Shown here: positions 50,176 to 63,192 of the stretch, one piece after another | How positions within the stretch are numbered: position 1 is the stretch's first letter | How the letters are laid out: each line of letters opens with the position of its first letter | Origin: Anolis carolinensis | Taxonomy: Eukaryota | Assembly (NCBI RefSeq): GCF_035594765.1 | Contig: NC_085841.1 | Coordinates: 116,793,574-116,857,573, forward strand | DNA length: 64,000 nt | Direction: 5' to 3' | Position numbers and translations under genes: made by a program | The notes under the pieces: model-generated | Told to the model about the DNA's origin: nothing | Database searches by the model: none | What the model saw: only the letters and a program-made list of their open reading frames with translations

Positions 50176-51090
50176 TTTATTTATTTATCATGTCAGAAGC
50201 AAATTGAGAATACAGTTATAATGTATAAAAACCACAAAGTTTAAAACTTGGCATTATACTAGATTTCCTTTGACCAGAAGCTGGGCACTTGGAGTGCCTC
50301 TGGTGTCACTGTAAGAAGGTCCTCCATTGTGCATGTGGCAAGGCTCAGTCTGCATTGTAACAGGTGGTCTGTGGTTTGATCTTCCCCACACTCCGATGTC
50401 GTGGACTTCACTTTGAAGCCGCATTTCTTAAGGTTGGCTCTGCATCTCATGGTCCCAGAGCGCAGTCTGTTCAGTGTCTTCCAAGTCGCCCAGTCTTCTG
50501 TGTGCATAGGAGGGAGTCTTTCATTTGGTATCACCCATGATTTGAAGTTCTAGGTATTAGCCTGCCACTTTTGGAATCTTGCTTGCTGAAGTGTTCCTGC
50601 AAGTATCTCTGTAGATCTTAGGAAGCTATTTCTAGATTTAAGGCATTGGTTTGCTGGCTGATATCCAAACAGAGGATGGGTTGGAGATGTCAATGCCTTG
50701 GTCCTTTCATTACAGGCTGATACTTCCTGACAGATGTCAGGTGGTGTGATACCGGCTAAACAGTATAATTTCTCCAGCAGTGTTGGGCGTAGACATCATG
50801 TGAAAATGCGGCATGTCTCATTAAGAGCCACGTCCACTGTTTTAATGTGGTGAGATGTATTCCACACTGGGCATGCATACTCAGCAGCAGAATAGCAAAG
50901 TGCAGGGACAGATGTCTTCACTGTATCTGGTTGTGATCCCCAGGTTGTGCCAGTCAGCTTTCGTATGATATTATTTCTAGCACCCACTTTTTGCTTGATA
51001 TTCAAGCAGGGCTTCTTATAAGTCAGAGCATGGTCTGGAGTAACTCCCAAGTATCCTGGTGTGCTCCAGTGGGATCCCTTTCCAGGTAAA
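50176..51090 (-). mobile_element. Vingi (Ingi-related) LINE 3' fragment
   Basis: ORFs read GVT.D..LTYKK..RNNIIRKLTGTTWG..LCYSAAEYACPVW and W.TLNRLRSG..C.CGE.QT.DHLLQC (CCHC-type). (ATAA)n tail. Confidence 0.85.
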
Positions 51091-51184
51091 CCCCAGATTT
51101 ACCAAAGTTTAAAACTGCGATAATATCAATTAGCTCATCGGTTGATCTGCAATATTAGAAAATAACTTTGTGAAAAGTTGATAG

Positions 51185-51520
51185 CAGGTATTTGGGGTCA
51201 AAATTTTGGGTTTTGATAAAACCTATGGATAAGTTGAGGCATTCCACAGAGAAGGGAGAGGGCCAATGGTGCCCCAGCTGCCATCGCCATTGCCCCACCA
51301 AGGCCTTCAAAAAGGCCAAAAGTGGCATCACGGTGAGCAGAGGGGGTTGGTGCTCATTTCAGGTACCCAAAGTCTTACTTTTTACTACTCTACTCAGAGA
51401 AAGGGATAGCTCATTTTTGATAAGAGTTAAGGTACAGTATTTAAACTGACCCATGCATAAGTCGACTCAGTTTTTTCAGGTCGATTTGTTGACTAAAATT
51501 TCTAGACTTGTACATGAGTA
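51185..51520. mobile_element. non-autonomous Tc1/mariner-like fragment
   Basis: acccatgcataagtcgac..aaatttctagacttgtacatgagta resembles a mariner-type MITE end. Only one terminus was seen. Confidence 0.45.
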
Positions 51521-54156
51521 AGGGATCATGGAGATAAGGATAATTTATGTCCTTGTGTCTGTATAGCCCTCCTCACCTACAACCTTGGCTCATTTTGTTT
51601 AAACAAAGGCTTTTGGACAAATGTGGGTTACATGGACATGTGCTTCTTCTTTTCATACACTGTGAACTTTTCCTTCTTGCTATGAGAAATATCATTGCTA
51701 CCATAAATACATTTTATGTAGTATCATTCCACACATAGCTTATTTAAATACATATTTCTGTGTTTTTTCTTATGCAAACATAAACTCAATTGAATATATA
51801 AATCCCAAAGATTGTAGGTATGTGCCAAATTAGCTATGATGGGAGATCCCATGAACAGAATCCCCTGCACTTTAAATATAACAAAAACAACAGCTGTGCA
51901 TTACCGGATATGGATCAAGGTCGCAACGTACAACAAAAATTGGGGGAAGGACTTCTGGCCCAAGAATACCACAATGGAGTCATCCCGGAAGACATAGAAA
52001 ATGTCTAGAGAGGACATATTTTGTTGGATGTGGATAAATGAAACAGTGAATACAGCTCCTGCAGATACAGAGGTTATAATTATGTGCAAATCCACAATAC
52101 CAAAAAACTGCTCCTCTGGATCTTATATCATGGGACTGAAAATCTCACATTGATACTGCTCTGTATGGATGCTGCGTCCCAAGATTTGTAATCCCACACA
52201 TTTTAGTACATTTTGTTATACGTTTTCAAAAAAGTCCATGACTTAAATGAAACGCAAGTGCTATCCTATGTTATATACACACACATAAGCTCCTTGGCCT
52301 GCCTTATTTAAAACGTCCAGGTTAGTAAATGAAAACATAAATACTGAGTGCAGCTGTAGAATTTAATAAAACCTCAGGTTTGAACTAGCATGTGAAAGGA
52401 ACAATATTACTGGAAACTTGTGGTCAAATGTGAAGCTTGAAAGAAATATTTTAGCAGTATCACAATATTAAATTGCAAACATTATTTAATTTATCTCCCT
52501 GTAAATGATTGAGAGGAAGTATACCAAAAGCCCTATTTACCTAAAGCAGGAAATAAGTCATTGATCGGATTGGGGAATGGAGTAATCAGAAGTTGACAAG
52601 AGACAATATAAGGCCACTGTTGTAACTGTATTTACCCGTATTGTTTTGACTTGGACTCACTTTGGAATAAATATTGCTCTGTTTTCATATAATAATTTGA
52701 AGGGAGGAGAACGGTGAAGCAAAGTCATAAAAATCACTTCTAACTGTGGTTTACAAAATGTTGAATGGTATCAGTTCTGGCACATCTGTAGGAAAGGAAT
52801 GTTCCCTCCAATTACCAAGACTTTAAAATATATTTGTATATTAAAAATTCAGGCATTTGCCATTCAGAACTGGAGAAAATAGGAACTCTGGCAACTTGTG
52901 CATTTGAGTTGTCACTTTGAACTTTTGGAACAAAGGCCAGGCTGTAAAAGCAGTTTATAAAAACAACTGGCATTTTTATGGCCTTATTAAACGACATTCA
53001 AGTGGTATAAATTATATGCAATGAAAACGAATAGCTTCTCTGAGTTGATTTTAATATCAGAAACATGGTTATTAGTTTGGAGGGGGGCATTGTTTGCTGA
53101 TGAGAAAGGGACCTTCTTTTGTTTGTTTGCTTACCTTCCCAGCTGATTTTTTGTGGAAATCATAAATGTCAGATTATATATTTGGTTCACAGACTAAAAC
53201 AATTATTAAATCACTGGTGGTAATGAGCAGTTCTTCTCACTGAGTCATGCTGCAGGTGTTAATTTAGATTCAAAGCATTCCTCTCAATTATAAAGGCATA
53301 TTAATTTCCCGCGTGGAGAGGATGCAGAAACCAGCATTTACAGTTCAAAAGGTCATCATTACTCCTTGAGGAACCCTCCAGGAAATTCTGAGTTTCTGAT
53401 TCTCCATTTTCCCTCCCGTCGGTAAGGAAACTAATTGCCTAATGGAATTATTTCCATTTCTTCCAGATTCAAGACTGTACCGGTACTATAGAGAGTGGGC
53501 AAGGTTTTTTGCTTTTGGTCATACTTGGAGATATGTATAAAAACTGACTACTACTAAGATTTGGCAGGTAAGGAGGGGGAAACATTAAAACCATTTACCA
53601 GCTTTTAGATGGTAAACTCTTTTTTCACATGCACAAATGTAGAATGCTCGATTGCTTGTTTATTCATTAAATTTATATCACATCTTACTCACAAAGTAAC
53701 AGAACAGAAAGGAGGAAGAGGAGAATTTTATTTTTTACCTGCCTCTTCTCGAGCAGGACACAACACATCAGCTTGGGAGTTCTCCTGGACTTATCGCTGA
53801 ACCTGGAATCCCAGGTCTCAGTGGTGGCCAGGGGAGCTTTTGCCCAATTAAAACTTGTGCTCCAGTTGTGCCCATACCTTAGGAAGTCAGACTTGGTCAC
53901 AATAGTCCACATTCTTGTTACATCCTGAATAGATTACTGTAATGTGCTCTATGTGGGGTTGCCTTTGAAAACTGTTTGTAAGCTTCATGTGGTCCAAGCA
54001 GCAGCCAGATTACTCACTGGAGTGGTGTACAGGGAGCATACAAGATACACCCCCCCCCCCATTACGTCAGCTCCATTGGCTGCCAGTCTGCTACTGAGCA
54101 CAATTCAGAGTGCTAGCTTTAGCCTATAAAGCTCTAAATGGTTCTGGTCCGGCTTA

Positions 54157-54461
54157 AAAAGGTAAAGGTAAAGGTTTTCCCCTGACGTTAAGTCCAGTCA
54201 TGGTTGACTCTGGGGGTTGGTACTCATCTCCATTTCTAAGCCGAAGAGCTGGCGCTGTCCATAGACATCTCCAGGGTCATGTGGCCGGCATGACTGCATG
54301 GAGCGCCGTTACCTTCCCGCCAGAGCGGTACCTATTGATCTACTCACATTGGCATGTTTTCGAAATGCTAGGTTGGCAGAAGCTGGCGCTAACAGCGGCC
54401 GCTCACGCCGTTCCCGGGGTTTGAACCTGGGACTTTTTGGTCTCCAGCTCAGTGCTTTAAC
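54157..54461 (-). mobile_element. Sauria SINE nested in L2
   Basis: TSD ccggctta / ccagctta (54149-54156 and 54462-54469). Confidence 0.92.
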
Positions 54462-54493
54462 CCAGCTTACCTGTCTGAAAGTATCTCACTCTA

Positions 54494-54776
54494 CAGGCAT
54501 GTAGCCGGGGGGGAGGGGCTTGAGGGGCTTCAGCCCCCCTCCCCCCGAAATTCTCAGGGTGGTCCGCAAGAAGGCCTTACATTTATTATTTAAACTGTTA
54601 TGTTTATTCATATCATGATCTGATCACCATGCTCAATATATCCCATATGCATGGGGGTATTGGGATAACAATACAAAAGGTTTGCTAGGGTAGATCCTCT
54701 CTCACCCAGACTCAGCCCCCCCCCCCCAAACCAAAATCCCAGCCCCTCCCGAAACAAAATCCTGGCTACAGGCCTG
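54494..54776 (+). mobile_element. non-autonomous hAT MITE (family A, copy 3) nested in L2
   Basis: 8-bp TSD tcactcta / tccctcta (7/8). Confidence 0.9.
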
Positions 54777-57700
54777 TCCCTCTATGACTCACCTTGGAGG
54801 TTAAGATTGTCTGGGGAGGCTCTGCTCTCGGTCCCAACTCTTTCGCAGGTGCGGCTGGTGGGGATGAGAGACAGGGCCTTCTCTGTGGTGGCCCCTCATC
54901 TATGGAACTCCCTCCCCAGCAAAATTAGATCAGCTTCTTCCTTCCTGGCCTTCAGAAAAAAACTAAAAACATGGCTATGGGACCAAGCTTTTGGTCAGTA
55001 ATTCTTGATCAGTGCAATAAGTGAATATAGTGTAATGACCAATGGAATGGCTCTGGATTATGTTTTTGGACTATGTGGTTTTAATGATTGGTTTTAGTGT
55101 TTGATGTTTTAACTTTTTTAGTTTTTAATGTATTTGTATATTTTATCTGTATATATTGTGCAGCATCAAATTGTTGCCTACTTGTAAGGCTGCTCTGAGT
55201 CCCCTTCGGGTTGAGAAGGGTGACGTATAAATATGGTAAATAAATAAATAAACATAATTAATTATAAAATATTATGTAAAATACATATATTAAAGCGTAT
55301 TTCTATGAAATACATGTATTAAAACACACAACTTCTATATTAAAAAACCACACATGATCTATAGATGATGTGAACATAATCACACTTTTAGAAAAACACT
55401 CTTTCAAACAATGTCCCTAAAATGGTTGGTACTTAACAGCTTTCAATTGCTCGAAGTCTGTGTGAATCATTTGTAAAAATATATTTATCTGCTAGCTGAA
55501 AGACAGGGAAGAAACTAATGCAATCTCACTTGGAAGAGAGTTTCCAGATCTCTTCCCACAACATAGCTGCCTCTCTCTGCCCAATGGTGGGATCAGCCAT
55601 GGGCACCAGGATTTAGACTCTTTATTGTTGTGTGCTTTCAAATCACGTCTGACTTCAGCACAGCTCAACTGCAATAGCTGTCATGTCCCACTGCCACGTC
55701 CACAACTAACCTTAATTTCATGTGTTTTTCATGTTTTTTTAAAAAGCTAAAGGAACTGCTGTTTTATATAATTTTATCCCTATTCTGCCTTCATCTTAAA
55801 CATCAACCATATCACCTTTAATGTCATCCGTCTCTGGTTATCACCACAAGTTCACAAAATTCAAGATGAAGTATCTGGTTTTTTTTCACATTTGCTTTAG
55901 TCTGCTTTTGCAAACACTGCATATGGTGTTTTGGGACTGACAATAAATCCATGTTCAATGAACCATGAGTACTATAGAATTTTAACAAGGATGACATCTA
56001 AGGCAGAGTCCCTTTGGTTATATAAACGTAGTTCTGAATTTGGATGGCAACTTGCAAGAGCACTACAAAGAAAACTAACTTGATATATTAGCATTAGGCA
56101 GGAAAACTACGATAACTTTTGTTATTCGATATCTTTAGTATCTTGCCATCTTTCCTTTGTAAAAGATATGATTTCTTTGTTGTCAAAGCAGCCTTCCGTT
56201 CTGCCATGAAATCTTGAAGGTTGTCTGAGGACCTCTGGTAAACTGAATTCATATGTCTTTTCAACCCCTCCCCAACTACCCCCCACTCTGGACTAATAAA
56301 GGCTACACTATGTTCCCTTTGAAATCTCTCTGCTGGAGAGTTGCCATTTATTTTTCAGGGAATGTATCAGCATATGGGATGGTCAGGATTTTATGGTTCA
56401 TCCATCTGTAGCTCCAGAGTGTCTGAAATTGGTCTCTGGGCACCGCTAACATCAGGTGTGGTCTCTAGAAAAATACTCGGTATTAGTTATATCATCTTCT
56501 CGAGGAATCTTGTATTCTATCGGACCCAACATAGAGAACCAGAAATAAAAGAAAATCACATATTATTTTTAAAGACTAGGCTGAAACATGCATGTCTGAT
56601 ATTAAAAAGGTATGGAGTATTTTATAAGTTATATGTATTTTAAAATGGCATTATATTTTATTGGAGTGTGTGTGCAAGAGAGAGAAAGAGGTGGAGAAAT
56701 GATAGACATTGCTAAAAGAAAATATCTTTTAGTGTATTTTTGCTGCTTTTAGGATTATTGTTATATATTCTTAAGAGTAGGAAACTATAGATGTTTGACA
56801 AGGTAAAATAAATTCATTAAAAATGTCACACCATCTTACTACTTCAGCATTCCTCAAATAGACACCATGTGCATGCATCTGAGAGATCCTCTTTTGTCTA
56901 CAGACATTGAAAAGGAATGGGCTATTTCTCTTGTTTCTTAACTCAAGGTCTGGAGTTGCTTTAAAGTGTCTGCTGTTAATTGGACTGTGGTGGAAATTTG
57001 TATAATTTTGCAGTGTGTTCTCATCCATATCCTCTGTTTTTCTCCTGTGTTCAGTATTTTGTAATGCCTCTCGAGGTCATTCTATTCCATCACTTTGCTC
57101 CTTTCCAGTACAATCAAATTTACCCTTTCATGCAGTAGTGTGATCTAATGAGATTGCAGCAGGACTTTTTTTGGAAAAAAAATCCATTTCACAGGTGGAA
57201 ATAAGAAAAGTGTGAGCAGCTCAAGCATTGGTCCTTCACATGATTTGGCTTTTCAATCCCAGCCAGCATAGGAAATGATAAGGAATTGTCAGTCACAGTT
57301 GGTAGCTACATTCAAGGAATTACCCAAGTTGCTGAAAACTAGCCCTCAAATACATTCAGTCCCACGGATAGCTCTTTTAAAGTTTGGGCTCAAACCCAGA
57401 ACACATTCACCAGCTGTTGCCAACATGGATACCACTGGAAACTACAGAATAGCAGTGCTCACTTTTCTATCCTCTGTAGAAAGCCATCATTTGCTCCACT
57501 ATTTTGGGGCACTGTATTGTAAAGCAGCAATATACTAATGTTGTAAATTAACCCATAGCATAAAACCCTAAGCAAAACTACATGTATCTTCTGTAGCCAC
57601 ATTTAAGGAGTCCTGTAGGAAAAGACCACACCAGTACCGTAGTTTGCATTACTTGACTCTCAGGCAAGAGGAACACCTGGTTATGGGGATATAATGTTTG

Positions 57701-58261
57701 TAAGTTTATCTACTCCTGAGAAGAGGATTGGATAGCAACAATGGCTGTTTCATTTCATTGGAAAAGAGTGGTCAGTAGACACAATTCCTTGCATACAATA
57801 AATTGAACTAACAGGCATGAAATTGAATGCTATATCTGGAGTGAGAGTACGCTTACTAGATTAAAATACTGAAAACGGAGAGGTTGTGGAAGGAGAAGAT
57901 TTTGAAAAAAATAGTTATGTTGTAGAAAAAAGTTGTTCCCTGGAAAAAAGTGCATGTTCAGGGGTATAATTATTGGGGGGAGGAGTGAGGACATTACTTC
58001 CTGCCTTCCTATGAAACATTCCTTCTATACTTAAATTTCTAGCATTATACAAGTACTGTAGTAGATTAAGGCTTCAGTTAAACATTTTCAACCCTGTTTC
58101 ATTATTCAAGTAAAATGGCAGACAAAATTCCCAAGGGAATGCAAACACAGCAAATATAAGAGGTCTCAGGTGTCAATGGTTTTTACTCTTTGCAATACTA
58201 GAAATTTGGAGACTGATGAAAAATTTCACTTGAGGGACTGAACTCAGAATCCAATGTCTTC

Positions 58262-58417
58262 ATTGGAGGACCTTCTTACAGCGACACCAGAGGCACTCCA
58301 AGTGGCCAACTTCTGGTCAAAAAAATCTAGTGTAATGCCAAGTTTTAACTTTGTGTGTTTTAAAAATACATTATAGTTGTATTTATATTAATTCACTTCT
58401 GACACGATAAATAAATA
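58262..58417 (+). mobile_element. Vingi LINE 3' end
   Basis: Reverse complement of 50176-50330. Tail cttctgacacgataaataaata. Confidence 0.85.
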
Positions 58418-60392
58418 CCCCTTTATAACTACACATTTGAGTATATGGGATTGTACCTTCCCATGTGCCCAAATAGCCACTGGTACCTCAGACACCACAA
58501 CCCAGCTAAATTTTCATACTAGAAGTAAACTTGGTGGAAAGACAAGTCTTTTTTGAAGGATGAAAGAAACTACTGGAACAAAAGCAACAATTGTGTGGGG
58601 AACATTTGGTTCCATGCAAACCAAGCACATGTACTTGGAAATCTGGAGTGTTATTGCTATTACCACCACCACTGCCACGGCTGACACTCTCTCTGAGATT
58701 TCAGCAGATCTTGGTTCAAACGAATGTGTCTGTCATTGTCATCTTGAGCTTCATCTTTCTTCTGCCATACTATGAGCTCTTTGTACACATTAATATAAAA
58801 CATATGTATTCTCCCCCTCAACACTCACACCTCCTTTCACAAAGATGTGTGGAAGTGATGATATTTGTGTCCAGGACACTATGATTCAGTGTGGAGAAAG
58901 GAATTGGACAATGCAGAATCAAGACACAAGTACTTAGCATGAATCTCAAGCACCCACATCCATGGGATTGTCTCTGTAGTAAGTCAATGGAATCCAGTAT
59001 TTAAACAAAAAGTTGAATTCCAAATTGTGCCACATTGCTTTCCTTGTAAAGAAGCTGAGTGAAGAAAGGCGAGGGAGGGAGGAAGGAAGAGACACTGACT
59101 TTGTGACTACACCTGTGCTGCATGCGTTCCCAGGGTGGCTCTGGCACACTCCCGACATCTGCTCCTTTCATTGAAGTTGGCTGCAAATTGAAATTCCATC
59201 ACAGTGTTTTTAGACTGAGCCAAAGCAAGGAGACTGTCAGAAATCCTCTTTAAACTCACCCTTATCCAAACAGGAAGCTGACCTCCGACCCCCGGATGTA
59301 ACAGTACACCAGTGGAAATTTCATTATCCTTGTTTCAGCTGTACTAAGTGAAAATTAATTGTGTAATTATCTGGATGAGCGCATGTGTAAAACTTTACAA
59401 TGTGCCGGTTAGATTAGGTAACTTGTTAGTGGTTGGTTCTGAACAGAGATGCAAGATGGTTGAGTGCACACAAAATAAAAACAAAATATTTTATATATAT
59501 AATGGAAGTTGAAAAAAAGGTGCCTGAACAAACTTTGATAACATCAGAAGAGCTCTTTACTTGATATTGCAACAGGATTCTCTCCTGGTATGGCTCCATC
59601 TGTGAAACCTCTTCTCATTCCATTGTTGTTAAGATCGCTAACATGTTAAGGATAACATGTTAAGAATGTTGTCATACTCATTTCTCTTTAACCATTTTGC
59701 CTAACCACAATATCCCACCATCTGGGGGAAATAGAGCTCTCCGTCTCAGTTTTATATTTGATATAATAATATTGTCAATGTGACAGAATTTCCTTATCTA
59801 AAGTTTAGCAATGAAATATCATCAGAATATAGTCCTATTACGTGTTTTAATGGAAAAGGTGTTTGTTTTTGCAAGGAAGCTTTGTTTCCTGTATTTTACT
59901 GAGGGGTCACATGGGTGGTTTGGTGATATGCTTTGTACAGTTCTGGGGAATGACAGGGGAAAAAATGCTACTATGTAGAGATTTCTTTTTTGCATTTCAA
60001 AGCTCCCAGGATGTTTAGATAGCAGGATATGAAAGATGCTGCTTGGATCATTCCACACAAAGTTTTTGAAGAGATAATGCACTCAAAAATTTTCAACAGT
60101 CCATAGTAAAAATAACCTTTATCTATATTAATGACAGCAGTGTTGATCATGAAACAATTTGGAAAACAGATAGCATAGTTTCATAGAAAAATCCAGATGG
60201 ATACTTGATACTATGGTAGACATGTCACTGGAACTTCAATAAGTTTTATTGTTTTGTATGAGAGTTAACTATAATAATTTCTCCTGACAGCATTAGGGAC
60301 CTAGGACAAACTGAGTTCTGTTAGGTTTATATAACTTTGAATACCGTGTTTTATAAAATTAAAAGTGTATTTTGATAAAATGCTTTTTTGAT

Positions 60393-60990
60393 AGTGACTG
60401 TCAAATTCACTTCAACTTGTGGCAACCCCTTGAATGAGAGACCTTCAAGACACACTATCCTCAACAGTCCTGCTCAAGTCTTGCAGATTCAGAGCTCTGC
60501 CTTTCTTGATTGAGCTTATCCACCTGGAACAAGCTCTTCCTCTTCCACTTTATTGTCTTTTCTTGTGAGTCGTGTCTTCTCACAATATGTCCAAAGCACA
60601 GCAGTCTTAGTTTAGTCATCTTGGCTTCTAGGAAATTTTCCAGTCTGATGTCTTCTAGGACCCATTCATTTATCCATGGGATCTGCAGAACTCTTCCCAA
60701 GTACCACATCTCAAAGCTGATAGGATTTGCTTCTTATCAGCTTTGTTCACTGTCCAGCTTTCACAACCATGCACAGAAATAAGAGATACAATGGCATAGA
60801 TGATCTTAAATTGAGTATTTAATGGTATATATTTACACTTTGGAATGTTGTCTAGTTCGTTCATAGCTGCCCTTCCCAGTCCTATTCCTTTTCTGATTTC
60901 TTGACTGAAGTCTCCATTCTGATTAATGATTGACCCAAGGCATGGAAAATCTTGAATTATTTCAACATCTTCATCGTCTAGCTGCAATTG
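60393..60990 (-). mobile_element. older RTE-clade LINE 3' fragment
   Basis: ORFs 60670-60987 and 60461-60709 read DF..LGSII.QNGD.SQEIRK.I.LGRAAM.EL..HGCESWTV..LEAKMTKLRL..FGHIVRR. Frameshifted. Confidence 0.85.
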
Positions 60991-61321
60991 AAGACATCTT
61001 CCATTGAGATTTGCCAGTACACATCTGGACTAACCTTCAGAAGGAACTTTGGGACAGTGAGAACAATTCAGCAATGGGGCCAATGACCTAGAGAGGTAAT
61101 ATTCCACAGACAAAGCACAATGTATGATTTTGATTTTATTGGAGAAATATTTTTCATCTTACAGATTTACAGTGTAGAGAAATCTTGAAGAAGAAAAAAC
61201 AACTTTGGAATGCAAGATATTAGAGATCTAGAGAAATTCCACTTGCCATCACAAGATAAATCAAACAGTTCAATATCTGTTGATTCAAAAAAGTAATTCC
61301 TATATAGCCTAATGGACATTA

Positions 61322-61651
61322 AAGGTAAAGGTAAAGGTTTCCCCTGACGATGTCCAGTCGTGACCGACTCTGGGGGTTGGTGCTCATCTCCATTTCTAAG
61401 TGAAAGAGCTGGCGTTGTCTGTAGACACCTCCAAGGCCATGTGGCTGGCATGACTGCATGGAGCGCCGTTACCTTCCCGCCAGAGCGGTACCTATTGATC
61501 TATTCACATTTGCATATTTTCAAACTGCTAGGTTGGTAGGAGCTGGGGCTAACAGCGGGTGCTCATTCCGCTCCCGGGATTTGAACCAGGCACCTTTAGG
61601 TCAGGAAGTTCAACAGCTCAGCGTTTTAACGCACTGTGCCACCAGGGGGCC
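61322..61651 (-). mobile_element. Sauria SINE
   Basis: Full length, with an 11-bp TSD aatggacatta (61311-61321 and 61652-61662). Confidence 0.93.
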
Positions 61652-62872
61652 AATGGACATTACTCTTGGGTAATTTGACATAGACTTACAGCCCAGTTCT
61701 CCCAACATATGTTTTACTAAACAACAACTATAATGGTGTTTTTAAAGGATATTTGGCTCAAATTGCAACCTAAGAAAATCGAGATTATCCCCAAAAAGGA
61801 AGAAAGAAACAAAGAAAGAAATTTACTGGAAATTATTGGCAAATAATTTCCTCAAGAGGCTCCTGTAATAGGATAAGACAGTCTTGCAGCTCTGGCTTTT
61901 ACAGGCTGCGGAATCATATTCTAAATAACACTAAGAGGTGTGAAAGGTATAAGCAGCTTTTACAGCCACAACTGCAGTGCTATTCGAAGGCTAAAAGGAG
62001 GAAGTCAGAGAGGACAAATTATTCCTTTGCAGGAATTAAAAGAAAAAGAAAACAGAGGTGGTAAAATGTAAAATAGTACTTCTGGTGGGCTAAAAATAAA
62101 CTACAGAGTATCAGATCTTAGAAAACATAATACATTTTCCTGAAAACAGAAATCTAAGACAGCAAAGGGAATTCTTTCCTCACTGTCCCACTTTTATCCC
62201 AAAGATCAGAGGAAGTCAAATGAAAATTTCCTGGCATCCTGGGGCAATAAAATAATCTCTGTCTTCTTGTGAAACCACATTTGTGTGCACATTGAACAGT
62301 GGTTCTTTGAGAATTGTAAGTGCTATGTAAGCATCATTTTCCCAGGAAACTAAAGCTTTGCTTATTTGCACAAATCTAGGCATGAATGTAATGAGAAATA
62401 TACTGGCCCAGAATGGTGAGACAGCCCCAAAAAGCCTGGCATGTTTTGAGGGTAACTTATGAGTTGGTAACTTATGAGCCTGTCATTTGCACTGCACTGG
62501 TTGACTGAAACCTTGGGTTTTAAAGCATTTTCACAAATGTAATCAACATAGTTTTCTGTATAGTTGACTTTGTCACCAGAGAGATGCAGAACTGACCAAA
62601 TTTTTTAGCTGGAATGGAATCGAGTTGCGGCGTGTGTGCTTTATTTGGCTACACTAAAAATGCAATAACTTTTCAGTTATGCAAAGCCCAGCTCAAATCT
62701 GTAGCATGCCTGATTCATAGCAACCACAAGTGAAAAAGCTTCCCAAAAATGAAATGCACAACTTCATCCCACACAGTACTCTTTTTTCCATATTACAGCT
62801 TATTTTAACGATACTCTTATCTCTGATCTCTATTCCTTGAGTAGAATATGGAGCAAAAGGAGATATTTTAAG

Positions 62873-62970
62873 ATAGTCATCCCTCCACATTTGCATTTTT
62901 GAATTTTGCAGACTTGATCATTTGGATATGTTTTCTCTAGGAATCTCTAGGTCCTCCATTGTGCCTCAAG
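62873..62970. mobile_element. Tigger/pogo-like MITE (family D), left part
   Basis: Similar to the copy at 48014. Confidence 0.5.
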
Positions 62971-62972
62971 GA

Positions 62973-63192
62973 CAGAGGTCCTCAAACCTTTAAAGGCGAG
63001 GGCTGGTCCATGGTTCCTCAGACTGCTGGGGGGCTGGACTATAGTTTGAAAAAAAATGAACAAATTCCTATGCACACTGCACATATTTTATTTGTAGTGC
63101 AAAAAGCATGAAAGAACACTGCAATATTTAAAATGAAGAACAAATTTAACCAACATAAACTTACCAATATTTCAAGGGGAAGTGTGACCCTG
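62973..63192. mobile_element. hAT (Charlie group, OC1/hAT1-like) terminal fragment
   Basis: cagaggtcctcaaac..ggactatagttt..atgaacaaattcctatgcacactgcacatat resembles the OC1-type terminus as I recall it. Second TIR not found. Confidence 0.6.

Larger units (their letters stand above)
53769..55252 (+). mobile_element. L2-clade LINE 3' fragment with two nested insertions
   Basis: ORFs 53944 (LYVGLPLKT..AAARLLTG) and 54807 (RAFSVVAPHLWNSLP..F.KKLKTWLW). Tail ctgagtccccttcgggttgagaaggg..(aaat)n. Confidence 0.9.
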
